From assembly GCA_003971905.1 (NCBI GenBank), contig RSEE01000149.1, positions 62,001 to 125,740 on the forward strand: a stretch of 63,740 bases of DNA. The letters run 5' to 3'. The notes under the pieces were generated by a model that ran no database searches, had not been told where the DNA came from, and saw only the letters and a list, made by a program, of their open reading frames with translations. Source of the stretch: Moniliella sp. 'wahieum' (lineage: Eukaryota). Made by a program: the position numbers and the translations under genes. Each line of letters starts with the position of its first letter. The stretch's first letter is position 1. Shown here one piece after another: positions 13,220 through 26,117 of the stretch.

Positions 13220-13289
13220 AAAGGATGCTGCATGTTTGCAAGTGAGACGGTTGCGTGAGGTTGCGTGCGAGATGGACGGACGGACGGAC

Positions 13290-13406
13290 AGAAGACAGAA
13301 GACGAAGACAGAACTAGACAAAGACAGAAGACAAAGACAGAAGACGAAGACAGAAGACGAAGACAGAAGACAGAAGACAAAGACAGAAGACAGAAGACAG
13401 AAGACA
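13290..13406. repeat. (GAAGACA)n-type microsatellite
   Basis: Runs such as gaagacagaagacgaagacagaa..., located 3' of FPR4. Confidence 0.9.
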
Positions 13407-13720
13407 ACCTAACAGACAGACAACCTAACAGGGACAGACACACTGACAGAGAGACAGACACTCTGACAGACATACCTACACACGGAAGAGGCGCTCCTAC
13501 ACACCATCGTCAGTGCTCGGCCCAAACGCATCGTTCGGTGGACCGTCGTTCAGACGTTCAGCATCCCACCCGCCAAAGAAGACCCACGTCACAGTGGCGC
13601 CGTGCCGCGCACGCCATGTGGTGCAAGACGGCGTGCTAGGGTTGCCACGTCGCCCCCCGCCGAATGCATTAATCCTTCCTGGCCCCGCCCGCCGCCTTCT
13701 GCCCAACCTGTTCCATCGCC

Positions 13721-16700
13721 ATGGTTACGGCCGCTGAGCTCGAGGCTGCGCACGCTGCCGCCGCGCATGCCCACGCTGACGCCGCCGTCAGCGCCCTGCT
13801 GTCGACCCCTTCCCGGCGCTGCCCGTCGTCGACCCCTTCCCTTCGCTCGGCGGACGCAGCGCCGGTGCTGTTGCCCGCCCCGCCCCCGCCCGCCCTGCCG
13901 CCGCTGCGCGTGCCGGCCCTGCCCAGGCGGCGGCCCCGCCGACGGCAGAAGACTTCCCCGCCCTCGGCGGCCCCGTGCGTGCGCCCGTCTGGACCGGAAG
14001 CGCCCCGTCATCCACCGCACCAAGCACACCACCACCCTTGTCCTTCCCACCACCCCGCCCTGGCGAGCAAGGTCCCGCAGGTGCTTGCCCGTCTGCGCGC
14101 CAAGTACGGTGGCCCTACCCACACGGCCAACACGGGTCTCGGTGCCCACGCCAATGCCGTGACGATCGAGGCGAGCACGACGCAGAAGCTGCAGACGACC
14201 ACCTTTATTCTCCGCAGCGCTAGTGAGAAGGCTCTCGCGGCTGCCAAGAAGGAGCTCAGCACCTCCTTGGCTCAGCACGTCGTCCTTTCCGTGCCCATCC
14301 CGGCCGGTCGGTGCGCATGTGATTGGCGCCAAGGGCAAGACGCTCCGTGCTATTACCGATGCCACCGGAGTGAAGGTCAACATCCCCAAGGCACCTCGGA
14401 TGCGCCTGTGCACGACGAGGACGATTGGGCCAACGCCGAGCAAATTGACGTGACGATCGAGGGCGATGAGATCAATGCGGGTGCTGCCCGCGACCAGATC
14501 CTTGCCCTGGTCGCAGAGCGCACCAGCAAGATCACTCAGCGCCTGACGGACATTGACCGTGTCTATTTCCCCTTCTTGGCCGGGCCCAAGAACAGCGGCA
14601 CGGTTCAGCTCGAGTCCGACCCGAGCTGGGCAATGGCGAGATCAAAGTTCGTATTCCTCCCCCTGCCGCTTCCTCCCGCCCAAAGAGGGTGCTTCCACGG
14701 GCGAGCGCGAGCGCGACCTTTCGCTTGTTGTGTCTGGTGAGCGGGATGCGGTGCGTGCAGCGCGTTGTCGCCCACATCCAACGCCAGGTGGCCGACATGA
14801 AGCGCACCTACAAGACATTGGCTCTGCAACTTCCCAAGCGTCAGCACCGTTTCCTCGTTGGTGAGAATGCGGCAGATGTTTGGCGCAGACGGGGTGCAGC
14901 ATTGAAATTGCTCGGCTTCGGACAAGTCGGATGTGGTGACGCTGCGTGGCCCGGCGGCCGCGCTGCCCGTCGGCCTGAGCGCGACGATTACCAAGGCCAA
15001 TGCCGTTGCTGTGGAGAGCGCCGATTTGGCCGCCGGGGCCGATGCGGCGCATGCGGCCGTGCTGGCGCGCTGGCTGCGTACGGTCACCTTCCCAGCGCCG
15101 AGGGCGTTCAGGTTTTCCTCCCCCGCGAAGGCAGTACCGAGGTGGAAATTACCGGTGCCGATGCTGAGGCTGTAGCCAAGGTGCGCGCCGAGGTGGAGCA
15201 ACTGGTGCTTACGCACCCGCCCAGCACTGTGGGACGCTTGACCATTGATCCCCTTTTGTACCGCCACATCATTGGCAAGAAGGCGTCCAACCTTAAGAAG
15301 TACGAGGCGCAGCATGTCAATGTTCTCTTCCCTCCTGAGGCGAACGCGCTCGAGGCCGACGACCCTGCGGCATCGGAGGTGGTGCTTGTTTACACCACGC
15401 CCGCTGGGGGCTCGCCGAGCGATGCGGCAGCTGCCCTTGCATCGGTGCAGGAACAGCGAGGCTACGGCGGCCACGGTGGCGGACATGGAGTCTTTGACTC
15501 TGCGTGTGCCTGCCAAGCTGCATCGCGCCATCCTCGGCCCGAACGGGACCACGCTCAATGCCTGATTGGCGAAGAGAAGGCCGTGGCTGTCACGCTTGGC
15601 TCGACGGGTAAGAAGAGTGTGGCGGAGGATGAGATGAGATGTGGTGCGTGGGCCGTCGACGGAAGCCCACCGCGTCGCTGAGGCCATCAAGAAGCTGGCT
15701 GAAGAGGCGGAGCAAGATGCCATCGTCAATGGGTTCCAGGCCACGTTGCAGGTGGAGGCAGCCTATGTCCCTCACCTGATCGGGAAGAACGGTGCGGCAA
15801 TCAGCAAGCTGCGTGACGAGTTGGGCGTTAAGGTTGATGTGGGCGATGCCACCGAGGGTGCTGCGAAGAAGCGCCGGTGGGTGATCCTTACGGGCCGCAA
15901 GGAGAATGTCGGGGAGGCAGAGCGGCGACTGCGTGCACAGATGGAGCGTCTGGAGGGACGAGACGAGCATCACGCTCAAGGTGGACCCTTCGCTCCATGG
16001 CTCGCTGATTGGGCAGGGTGGCAAATACGTGACCCGCTTGCAAGAGAAGTACGCGGTCCGCATTATCTTCCCCGTCCTCGGCTGAGAAGAGAGGAGGAGG
16101 ACAGCGGGAGGACAGCAAGCGCAAGCAAAAGGCCGACGAGGTGATCTCCGTGGTGGCAAGAAGGGCGTGGCTTCTGCCAAGGCCGAACTTCTTGAACTGG
16201 CTGCCTACGAAGCCGAGCACAACAATACTCTCACCCTTCCGGTTCCCCCGGCCGCTGTGGCGCGCATTCTGGGTCGTGCTGGCTCGAACATTGCCCAACT
16301 GCGGGAGGAGTCCGGGGCGCAGATTGACCTGGACCACGTGCGGGATGCAGAGCAGGGGAAGTCAAGATCCGTGGAACCAGGAGGCCATCGCCAAAGCACG
16401 CAAGGAAATCGAGAAGATCGTCGCAGAGGGGGCCAGGAGGTTACCTACAGTATGTGCTGCCTCCGTGCGTGTCATCGTGGCGTGTGAAACTGACACTTTG
16501 AATAGCCGTCGAGGTTCCTTCGACGTTGCACGGCCAGCTGATTGGTGTCCGTGGCAGCGGGGTGCGGGACCTTGTGATCCGTGCCGGCGGGGACGAGAAC
16601 TGGCAATGCAGTATGTCTCGTTCCCGCGCCGGGGGAGCGAAAAGTCGGACGAAGTGGTTGTGCGGCGCCGGCCGGAGTCGCAAGCAAGATCAAGGCCGCC

Positions 16701-17494
16701 GAGCTGGAGAAGGCCGCCGAGACAGCAGCTGCGCGCGCGCGAGGTGACGAAGGGTGTGCGTGTTCCTACTGGGCAGCACCGCAACCTCATTGGCCGTGGT
16801 GGCGGCAGCCGGCTGCGTGAGTTTGAAGCGGAGCACCATGTACGCGTGTTCTTCCCAGGCTCGAAGCTGTACGCCTCGGCGGGGGCCGGTGAATGCGTCG
16901 GATCTGGAGGGGGCTCCGGCCGAAGAAATTGTCAAGGTGCGTGGCTCGCCCGAAGCGGTGGAGGCGGCCGGCGCGGCGCTGAGCAAATCGGCTGCGCCTG
17001 GTGTGAGCAAGGAGATCCAGGTGCCCGCCGCGTTGTCGCGGCAGGTCGCCAGCCTCAAGCTGCTCCGCTCGCTCCGCTCGGACTCGAACGTGACCGTGGA
17101 TCTGCCCAGGGAGGAGCGAGCAATGGTACGGCTGCACGGATCGACGACGAGCCGGAGGTGGGCGAGCTGACGGTGTCGGAGGTGGACCTGACGACGACGG
17201 TGACCTGGACGCTGCACGGGAAGGACGAGGCGGCGCTGGAGCGGGCGGGGCGAAGTGGAGCTGGCGGTGGAGGAGGCGCGGGTGGGAGGCGCGTACCAGG
17301 GCACACTCGTGGTGCCGCCGAGCGCGGCGGGGATGGTGGTGGGGCGGCAGGGCCGGACGCTGAAGACGCTGGAGAGCGAGACGGGGGCGCGGATCACGGT
17401 TGCGCGCGAGGGGGGCGTGATCAGCCTGTCTGGCTCCGAGGAGGCCATCCGCGAGGCGGCGGAGCGGATCCAGGACATTGTGGAGCGCGACTAG
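13721..17494 (+). CDS. SCP160: Vigilin/Scp160-like multi-KH RNA-binding protein (many frameshifts)
   Basis: Repeated KH GxxG motifs in successive frames: HVIGAKGKTL, HRFLVGEN, HIIGKKASNL, RAILGPNGTTL, HLIGKNGAAI, RILGRAGSNI, NLIGRGGGSRL, VVGRQGRTL. Confidence 0.9.
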
Positions 17495-17866
17495 GCGTCG
17501 GCTCTGCCAAAACTGCCAAAATGTGCATGTGCCACCTATCGTCAATGGGTCATTTCGATGCAATCGTGGATGATGGGGGCGTGGATAGGTTGTGTCCCGC
17601 GTGCCTTAGACTCTCTTGACTGCTCTTCTCTGCAACACGGCCGGCGATGGCGCATGTCCATTGGGCTGCCGAGGCAGTGGCTGAGGGGGCGGCGCAGAGA
17701 AGCAGAGCGACACTTTGAGAGGCTAGTTCGGCAGCGATTAGATTCATGAATCCAGGTACCATCTACAGCCGAGAGCGAGTCGGCGGACCCAATGAACAGC
17801 CGAGAACGTTGCGCCCCTATTTTGCTGATTACGACAATAATAGTACCAGTTCTGCGAGTAACAACT

Positions 17867-17960
17867 GGTCGATTAGCTCAGTTGGTCATTGTATTAATAC
17901 ATCCACTTGTTCGGAGTGTTGGTAATGCCAAGGTCATGAGTTCAAGCCTCATATTGACCA
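17867..17960 (+). tRNA. tRNA-Ile(AAT)-like gene with intron; 3' D-stem strand missing (pseudogene or assembly deletion)
   Basis: Acceptor GGTCGAT/ATTGACC-A, box A TAGCTCAGTTGG, T-arm ATGAG-TTCAAGC-CTCAT, TT-AAT-A loop, T7 terminator. Confidence 0.7.
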
Positions 17961-18991
17961 TTTTTTTGCTCTGATCAAATTATCGAACACCCCCCAAGAC
18001 ACCCAATGTCCCTTGGAGCCATCCACAGGCACCAGCGGCAAGCCTCCCCCCCGCCGTTCTCGCTCGTGGATGGCTCTGAGTAACCTCCTGCCATGCCGTG
18101 AGAGCGAATTTTCGCAGTGGAATGATGCTGAATATGTTGTGCGTTTTTAGAAAGTTTTTCCTCGTCCTCTCTCTCGCTCCCTTGCTAGTTACTGTCCATA
18201 TGCTGAGTGTTTTTTGATGGCATGACTCACTACTAGTCTCTGCTTGTGCACCACTTCCTGCAGTCACCATCCGTCAGCGCCCGAGCCCCAGAGGCCTGGA
18301 GGGTATATAGTAGAGGATGGTTTGGGTAGAAAAAGAAAAGGCACAACTACAACAGTCGCCACACCTCCCGTTCCCCCCAGAAAAAACCCTTCCGCGACTA
18401 TCGGTGTGCCCACTTATAGATATGAGAGGTACACCAGAGGCAATTGGCGTATTCAAAAGGCATCTTTTTTGAACCACAAGTCCCTCATGCACCATCCCGT
18501 ATGCTTGGAGATATCGTCGATGACTTTGAGTTGCTGGAAGAACGATGAACGTGCCTAGTAGCTTGGCGTTCAAGCACCTATCTTTGATTAATAAAAGGAC
18601 GCTTGAGGCTTGATTCGTGATGCATTGTGCCTGTGGCAAACGATGAGACTCATCTCCGAGTCCCTCGATTGCTGCCTCAGCTAGACAACCCTGTATACAG
18701 TCGTGTGTCTGAAACGGGCACCGCGCTTGTGCCCACCTCAATTGGCACCAAATGACACGAGGACGTTGATAACGACGAGCGTCGAGCGCTCTTGCGCAAA
18801 GTGCCCACTCTCCACAATGCCATCAGGCACTGGGTCGCCCACGGCTGTCACATCAAAACCCCTAGAAGGACAAGCGACTTTTGTAAAGGAAATCTATGAG
18901 ACGGAAACGAGAAACTATAATCAGTTGCGTTGGTCTAATCAAACAGACCCTCTGTGGCCTTTCTCGCTCTCCTTGCTTCTCTTCATCCACC

Positions 18992-20765
18992 ATGCTCGGC
19001 CTTGTTAGGCTTCTAGCCAAGGTCGGCCGCCGTCGAGAGGGCCATATGCGCCTCTTAAGTGAACCTGCCCATCTACTCCTTTCCCTTGGGTCACAGAGGG
19101 AGCCCCAGAAGGAGAACCTTCCAACGACGACCCCCAGCAATCCCTCTACTCTTCCCACGACGATCCCCAGCAATCACTCTACTGGCCGGACCCGCACTCT
19201 ACGGCGGGAACAGGTGCAAAGGCTGGCGCTGCCACTCCTGTTGAGCGTCTTTATCGCTACCTCACTCTTGCTTGCATGGAGCGGGATACTGAACCAACTG
19301 GCACGGGAAAAATATCCTAGTTTTAGCCCGCTTTACCGTGGCGAACGACAATGGGGCACGTCCCCCGTGGGCGAGTGGGACAGTGGACGAGGCGGGCTTC
19401 CGACGAACAAACAAGACCGGCACACCATGTCCCATGCAACGTGTCAATGGGAGTTCCCTGCGCTCATGCCGCAGCTGGCGAGCAACACTCAGGCCTGGCT
19501 CGCCAAGGGGGGATTCAGTATGAGGATGTGCAACGGACCGCGGTCACGGTCAACAAGGAGGGAGATCGGTGGGGCGCAGCCCATCTGGTGCTATACCAAA
19601 ACCGTTTGTACGTGCGGGGTCTTCAGGCAGGCTCCGACTCGCGCATCCTGGGTGTGCTGAGCCTGGTGTACCAGGCCATTGTCGCCAGCCCTCACACATT
19701 GCCGGACACGGAATGGGTGGTGAGCACGGCCGACAAAGATGGTGCTGCTGCTGATGAACCGAGCGCGTGGGTGCTAGCCACCCCGACAGCCGACGCCCCA
19801 GACAAGGGACAATGGTTGGCGCCCGACTTTGGGTTTGCCGGATGGCCCGAGGCAGGCATCACGGGGATGGGAAACTACATGATGCTGGCAGACAACGTGA
19901 CGGAACGCCATCCATGGGGTGGGCGACAAAGTCGAGCTTTCTGGCGTGGATATGCGAATTTGTATCCGGTGCGATTGGACCTTCTGGAGCGAGCACGGAG
20001 CGATACGTCGCACCGCCTCTTTGATTTGATGTAAAAGAGACGTCATTCCATCCGACCCGGGCTTGCGCGGCCCATTCCATGCAAGAACATTGTGCGCACA
20101 AGTTTCTTATCCAGTCTGAAGGCAACTCGTATTCGGGACGAGGCAAGTACTTGCTCAGTTGCCGATCCGTTGTGATCGCCCATCCCCTCGAGTGGACCCA
20201 ACACTTCCATCCTGCCTTGGTCCCCAACCCAGAATCCCCGGATCGCAATATCGTCCTCCCTGGCCCGTATTTTGAAGGGGTAGAGCAAACTCTGGATGAA
20301 CTGCAAGAAAAGGATCAAGTGGCACAGAAGATTGCAGACAATACCTATCGAACAATGCGACAGCGTACGCTCTCCCAATTTCCTCTTTGTTCCATCCCTC
20401 GTGATGTTCGTACTGACCATCGACAAAACAACACAGGCTACCTAACCCCAGCTGCTACGAGCTGCTATGTGCGCGCCTTGATTGAGGCGTACGCGGCATC
20501 GCAAGTCTTAGAAACCTGGCCCGTCCGACCTACCACAATCTTGTCCAATTTTCCCCGGGGACCATACCCACGGCCTGGACCGGGCGCTGGTGTGGTACCG
20601 GGCGGAGGCCGCGGGAACCTCAGTCACTTGGCGCTGGAAGGGCAGGATATCGAGTATGTGACCTGGCTCTTGTCAGGCCAGCCTCAGTGGCCTCCGCCCC
20701 CTCTTCAAATCAAAGTTATTGAGGTACCTTTTGGCACGGTATTGCGGTATTGTGAAAACACATGA
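18992..20765 (+). CDS. Glycosyltransferase family 90 (CAP10/KDELC-like), type II membrane protein; intron 20365-20436
   Basis: N-terminal TM segment, WLAPDFGFAGWPEAGI, AFWRG, HCAHKFLIQSEGNSYSGRGKYLLSCRSVVIAHPLEWTQHFH, YLTPAATSCY. Confidence 0.88.
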
Positions 20766-20891
20766 CAACGAGGGTGGGGCACGACTTGCCCACAATTTGG
20801 GACATTGACTTCAACCGATGAATGAAAGCGAACGATCTTAATCAAAAGATTTAAAAGTATTTTGGGTCTATTGTTTCAGATGTATCAACTT

Positions 20892-20980
20892 GGGCGGATA
20901 GCTCAGTAGTTGTAGAGCGCACGCTTCGCATTCAAGTTGGCGCCTGTGTGAGGTCTGGGGTTCGATTCCCTATTCGTCCA
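20892..20980 (+). tRNA. tRNA-Ala(CGC) with 14-nt intron (20931-20944)
   Basis: GGGCGGA/TTCGTCC-A acceptor with G3:U70, CACGC-TT-CGC-A[intron]T-GTGTG, GGTTCGATTCC, T7 terminator. Confidence 0.9.
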
Positions 20981-22058
20981 TTTTTTTGCTCTGCATGTAC
21001 GTGTTACCAGAGGACATGCGCGAAGTCTCGAACAGATGGAATGGTAGCAAAGCGGTTGGGGGCGCCACATTGGTGTAGTGGCGCCGGTAGCCCAAGCCTG
21101 GATCTTCCCGGTTCATTCCTTTTCCAATATTCTCCTTCCTGGAGGGGAGGATATTCTCTAGCCTCTCCGTAGCTCTCATGTGCAATGGTGCTCTCGGGTC
21201 TTCTACAGTATTGCAATCCTTTCAACAAGGAGAATCCGACATTCCTGCATTAGTTGTTCCGATGCTGGCCTGTTTTTACTGATCATGGGGGGGATTTTAA
21301 TGTCCACTGGCACGCGTTACCTATAGGGTACGGGACCAAATGGCGAGAACCAGAGGGTCCTGATATCCTGGCGATCCCCCTGGTTCCTTAACCTTGGTGA
21401 CGCTTCCAAGTAAACCCCGCAAGATGAACGGTTCGGTTTAGACGTAGCGTTTCCCCTGTCCCAGCCTTAAGCTCTGTCAATGACATATGGACGCAGAGTA
21501 GAGATGACAGAAATGCATATGATCTCATTGTTCGAAGTGATCACATTGAACGTTGGTCCGATGAAGTTGTAAGCGTAGTTCGAGAAAACAAACGGCAGCT
21601 AAACATAAGGAGGCGCCTCTCAAGAACCTCTCACGGCGGCGGCAAGCGTCTTAAGCAAAGCTACAAACTAGGCCAATCGCTCAAGCAATTTCACACAACA
21701 ACTAATGGACCAAAGGACGGTATGATTATTCGAGTGGATAAAACACGGATGAACGGGGGAGTCCAGGGGGGAGGGAAGAAGTCGAGAAATTCACAAGAGA
21801 TATGCTGAGAGAGACGGTTCCAGAAGCACAAGGGAATGGAGAGAGAGGTGTGTTCGGTGTGGCACCATCGACCCGATTTTAAAGGGAGGCCAAATAGTTC
21901 GAGCAAAGAGTGTCTTGTCTATATCGTGCCAGCTGACAGTGCATCCATCTGATACAACACGAAGAGCGTTTGCGGTGCGCATCCAGCACAGTCGCAAAAA
22001 TTGTTCAGCGCGGCGAGTTGCACGAGGGAATGAAAATGGTTGAGAGAAAAGAGAGGGT

Positions 22059-23868
22059 TTAATCGGCATACTTGCTCTTGGCGCGGATCCGAGGCCCATA
22101 CTTCCAAAAGACGAATGGAATGGGGATCATGATGGTGTTTACACCAGCCAAAAGCAGCGAGGCGCCAACAGCACCGAGACCGTTGTACATTTGCACGCTG
22201 AATAGGGGGAAGGCGGCGGCAGAGGTACATCGGCAGAGTGCGTTGGCAGCCAAGGCCGAGGCGGCCTTGGAGCGCCATACTTCGCCCGTAAATGTAAAGA
22301 CGGCAATGAAGACGAGAAGAATGCCGTATCCAAACGGAATGAGGGAGATGATTGGGGTAACCCAGTGGACGTGTTTGAACGACGTCAAGCCGAACAAGTA
22401 CAGCCCCAAAGTGGTCAGCACACCTCCCACCATGGCCATAGGAAGCCGCTTTTCTGGCTCGGCATGGCCCGTCTTGGCCACTGAGACGTCGTACCACTTT
22501 CTCCAGAGGGGCACGGTGGCAATGCACAGTAGCATTCCCACGGTCAGTCCGACGAAGGAAAGTCCGCATTGCCACAGAAGGAAGCCATGTAGCCTCATCA
22601 CATAAGGCACGCTTGCATCAAGAGATAGGTGACACCCAGGAGGAAGGAGCTCCAGACACAGAGACAGATCATCATGGGTTCCCTCAGCAACTGGGGTACG
22701 CGCCCTAAGAACAAACGGAGTGTCTGAACTTGGGTGCGGTCACCCCGGTCCAGTTCAGCTTGAGAAACCCAGCGGGGGTCCCGTGTTTCTTCCCTCAGCT
22801 TCTTGGCACGCCGGGTGAGAATGACGGATGCCAACGTCTCTGGGCAGAGGAACAAATTGGCGAGCCAGAGAACAGTGGCCCAGATGATGATGACGTAGAA
22901 GCTCCAGCGATAGTTGTTGGTAAAGTAATCGACAAACCCAAAGATAAGGGGGCCGAGAACGGGTCCAAGGAACGGCTGTGCTCAGAAATGGTGTTAGATG
23001 ATGCATGGTTAAGCATGAAGAAAACGTACACCAGCAGAGAAGATAGCCATCGGCTCGAAGGATTGCGACGGAGGAAACATATCGTGCACACCCCCCGGCA
23101 ACACTGAGGAAGGCCGACGTACATACGCCAGTCACAAATCGGAAGATGAAGAAGACGGCGGGATTGTTGGCGAAGCGACGGGAAAGTTGAACAAGATAAA
23201 TCCACCAAAGAAATGATATAGATGTTACGGCGTCCGTGGAACTGGACCAAATCTTAAAGTCAGCCACCATTTTCCCAAAATTCTCGGTCCCGGGCGAAAG
23301 AAAGCCAGGGAGAAAGAAGACATACCTCTGAGATCGGACCAATCACTGCTGGGCCTACTCCTAGTGCCAGGACAAAGAGACTGACAGCGAGGAGGGCAAC
23401 CTCGTGAGGAACGTGAAAGTCCCGTTGGATATACTCGTACCCGCTCGAGGCCATGGAGGAGCAAGTGGTGCCACAGACGGAGCAGCCAACCACAATCCCG
23501 ATGATCATTGACCTCTTCCACAAGGCCACGATTTGGGGTTGTCAGGATCGTCGAGCGGGTCCAGTTGATCTGCACTCTCGAGGTCGGCATCGCCCCGCAC
23601 GTTCCAGGTAACAATCTTCCATTGTGGCTCCAGTGGCTCTTCCTTCTCTGGAGTGGAGTCCAGATGGAACTTTTCCTTTGGAGATACGGTACCGGAGGTA
23701 CCTTGGGGGGTGGACCAGCCGGAGACTTTGCCAGAAGGGAGGAAAGGGGTTGTAGTGCCACCCGTCAGGGGGGTGGCTACGCCGCTATTGTTGGCGTATG
23801 TGGGGGGCATGGGGGTGACATCGCCGCTCACGGTGGGAGGGGCGTGTCGCTTCCGCTAAAGGTACCAT
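22059..23868 (-). CDS. MFS drug:H+ antiporter, DHA1 family, with probably 2 introns; frameshifted
   Basis: DDPDNPKSW, SLFVLALGVGPAVIGPISE, FLSVAGG, PETLASVIL, EPEKRLP, ASALAANALCR, FWKYGPRIRAKSKYA. Confidence 0.9.
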
Positions 23869-25908
23869 GATGAGGGCGGGAGAGAGGCAGCACTTGGCTG
23901 TTGGGGGAGAGGAGGGGAGGAACGAGGGGGGTTGCGGTGCTGGTGAGAATCGGCAAGGAGGTGGGCGATGGCGCCGCAAGTCTTCGTGGTCCGTCATGCG
24001 GATGGGGGCCCGCAGGGATGGAGGAGGCGAATGGGTGTGGTGTGGAGGGGGGGAGGGGCGAAAAGTAGCTCAGTGGGCGTAAGGTGCGGCAGCGGTGCGC
24101 GCAAATGGCGGTACTGGCACATATATATACACAAGGTCAAGATGGCGTGTGGTGTGGGCCCAGCAAGCTGGCGGAGGTGGAGTGTGTCAGATGCGGCGGC
24201 GGGGGTTTGAAATTTGACGCACGGCGGGCGTACGTCGCTTTCCACCCGCCGACCGTCGGAGCGTGATCTGATCTCAGCCGCACACGCCGCCAGCGCCCTG
24301 CGGCTGAGGCCTGATCGATCCCAGATAGCGTGCATTTGAGCCTTGGAGAGCTGGGAGCGGCTGAGTCAAATGCTTACAGGTCACACCTGCCCATACCCGC
24401 TGGATGCTTCGTGTCCAAGCGCGCGACCTTGGCGCTCTTAGATCTTACGCCCCCGCACACTGCCCGCCCGCTGTCCGCACGGAATGGCGTCGAGCGGTTG
24501 AATGTTGAACGGGACGTCGACCTCAGTGAACGGGGTGACCGGCCGGTGACCAGTTGAACGGTTGAACGTTAAACCGTTCCTTGAACATTTGACTCCAGGC
24601 CCCTTTCCCGGGTCTGCCCGCGCTGACGCCGGCTGGGCCCGAGCGCGGAACGATGGCAGAGTGGGCGGCTTTTTACCACCGCCAAAGGTCGCATGTTCGC
24701 AGATGGGGCGGTGATCGAGTGATCGCTCGATGCTCGGATCACCGATCGATCACCGGCGAAGTCACCCTTCCCAGTTGCCCCAGCCTCCGTCGAACCACCC
24801 GCTAGTCTGCCTGCCCAAACCACCGCCAAATTTCTAAGTCCACCGATTCAACCGTCCAGCTGCAGGCCCAGCGGAGAAGGGCAGTGTGCATACCACCAGC
24901 TGATAACTTTGTGCTTGCCTTTCTGGGCCAACGGTATTTTTCCCTTTTTTTCGCCCTTAAATTTGTCCGCTCGGACCTGTTGCAGGGGTAATACGTTGCA
25001 CTCCCTAGGATCGTACTATAGCGATGGTCTTCGGGCACTCATGCGGCGTTAGCGGTGCCGCCGTACCAAAGTGCGATCATCGATATTGCATCGATCAAGA
25101 TCCAATCAACATTCGGATGATCTCTCGATCATCGACGATGCATGGTGCCCGATGCGCGATAGTCGACAAAGGGTGCACAGGCTTGGCACAGTTCCCAATG
25201 TCAACGAATGATGCACAATGGATCTTGCTGATGATGTAATGGCGAGTGCTGGTCTAAGAAATATAGGTCCGGGTAGTGTCCAAGATGCTCTTTTCAGCCA
25301 AGCTTCAAGCTTCAAGCTCCAAGGCTTCAAGCTTCAAGCTTCATTAATCGCTCCTTTCTCGCAGACTCACATGGCTCACTTCAAGCATCATCGTCATCGA
25401 TCGTTCCACATATAATAGGAACGGCGATATCGGTCATCGCTGAATCTCATCTCCGTTTCGGTCTCCTGGTTTCCATCTCAGTCTCTCCTTTGGCGCCCAA
25501 ATGGATCGATACCGACAAAGTTTCCCATCATCTATATCACTAGCTCATCAACGTTCATATTCAATGTCATTAATCTCCGACGTCATTAGTTCAATGCACT
25601 CACTATAGAGCAGAACCCCACAGTAATAGCCTTCAGACTACGCTGACGTAGACGAAGCAACCCAACGAAGAAAAGGGACAGATGCGGTCCAATTTCTCTC
25701 TAAAAAAAGACCTATATTCTATCCCAGAGAGTGCGTGTGGAGAGTTGTGTGATGTGTGTGAGTCATATAATATCCCTTAGCTGGCCGTATGGTCAAACAG
25801 TAACAGCCTAGAATGTACGTGCCTTTTCTTGGTCTTCTGCCCGTTCCCACAGATAGAGTTGTAGAGACCAGGCTGACCAATCCCCACATTTGTTTTCCCA
25901 GTACCTCC

Positions 25909-26117
25909 TGTCATGTAGCCTAGGGGCTATAAGCGAGGGAGAGACGAGGCCCTGTCAGATCTGGGCGACGGGGAATGGCAAGATACCGTTCGTCAGAAGA
26001 GGATACAGGAGGCATCAGATAATATAGGGAACAGAAACAAAAGGGAAGAAGGGAAGGCGAGTAGATACACAGGATGCAGAATTGGAAATTGTGGAGAGAG
26101 AGCTCAGTCAGGAGACA
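25909..26117. mobile_element. Putative diverged solo LTR related to the neighbouring Gypsy LTR
   Basis: Begins TGTCA and ends GACA; shares ordered blocks GGGGCTA, GCGAGGGAGA, CGTTCGT, AATTGGAAAT with the LTR at 27044-27224; no matching TSD seen. Confidence 0.5.

Noticed and set aside
11826..13241. 471-aa antisense ORF and similar long shadow ORFs (e.g. 14605-15744, 39368-40048, 51671-52420)
   Set aside because: Opposite-strand shadows of GC-rich real genes
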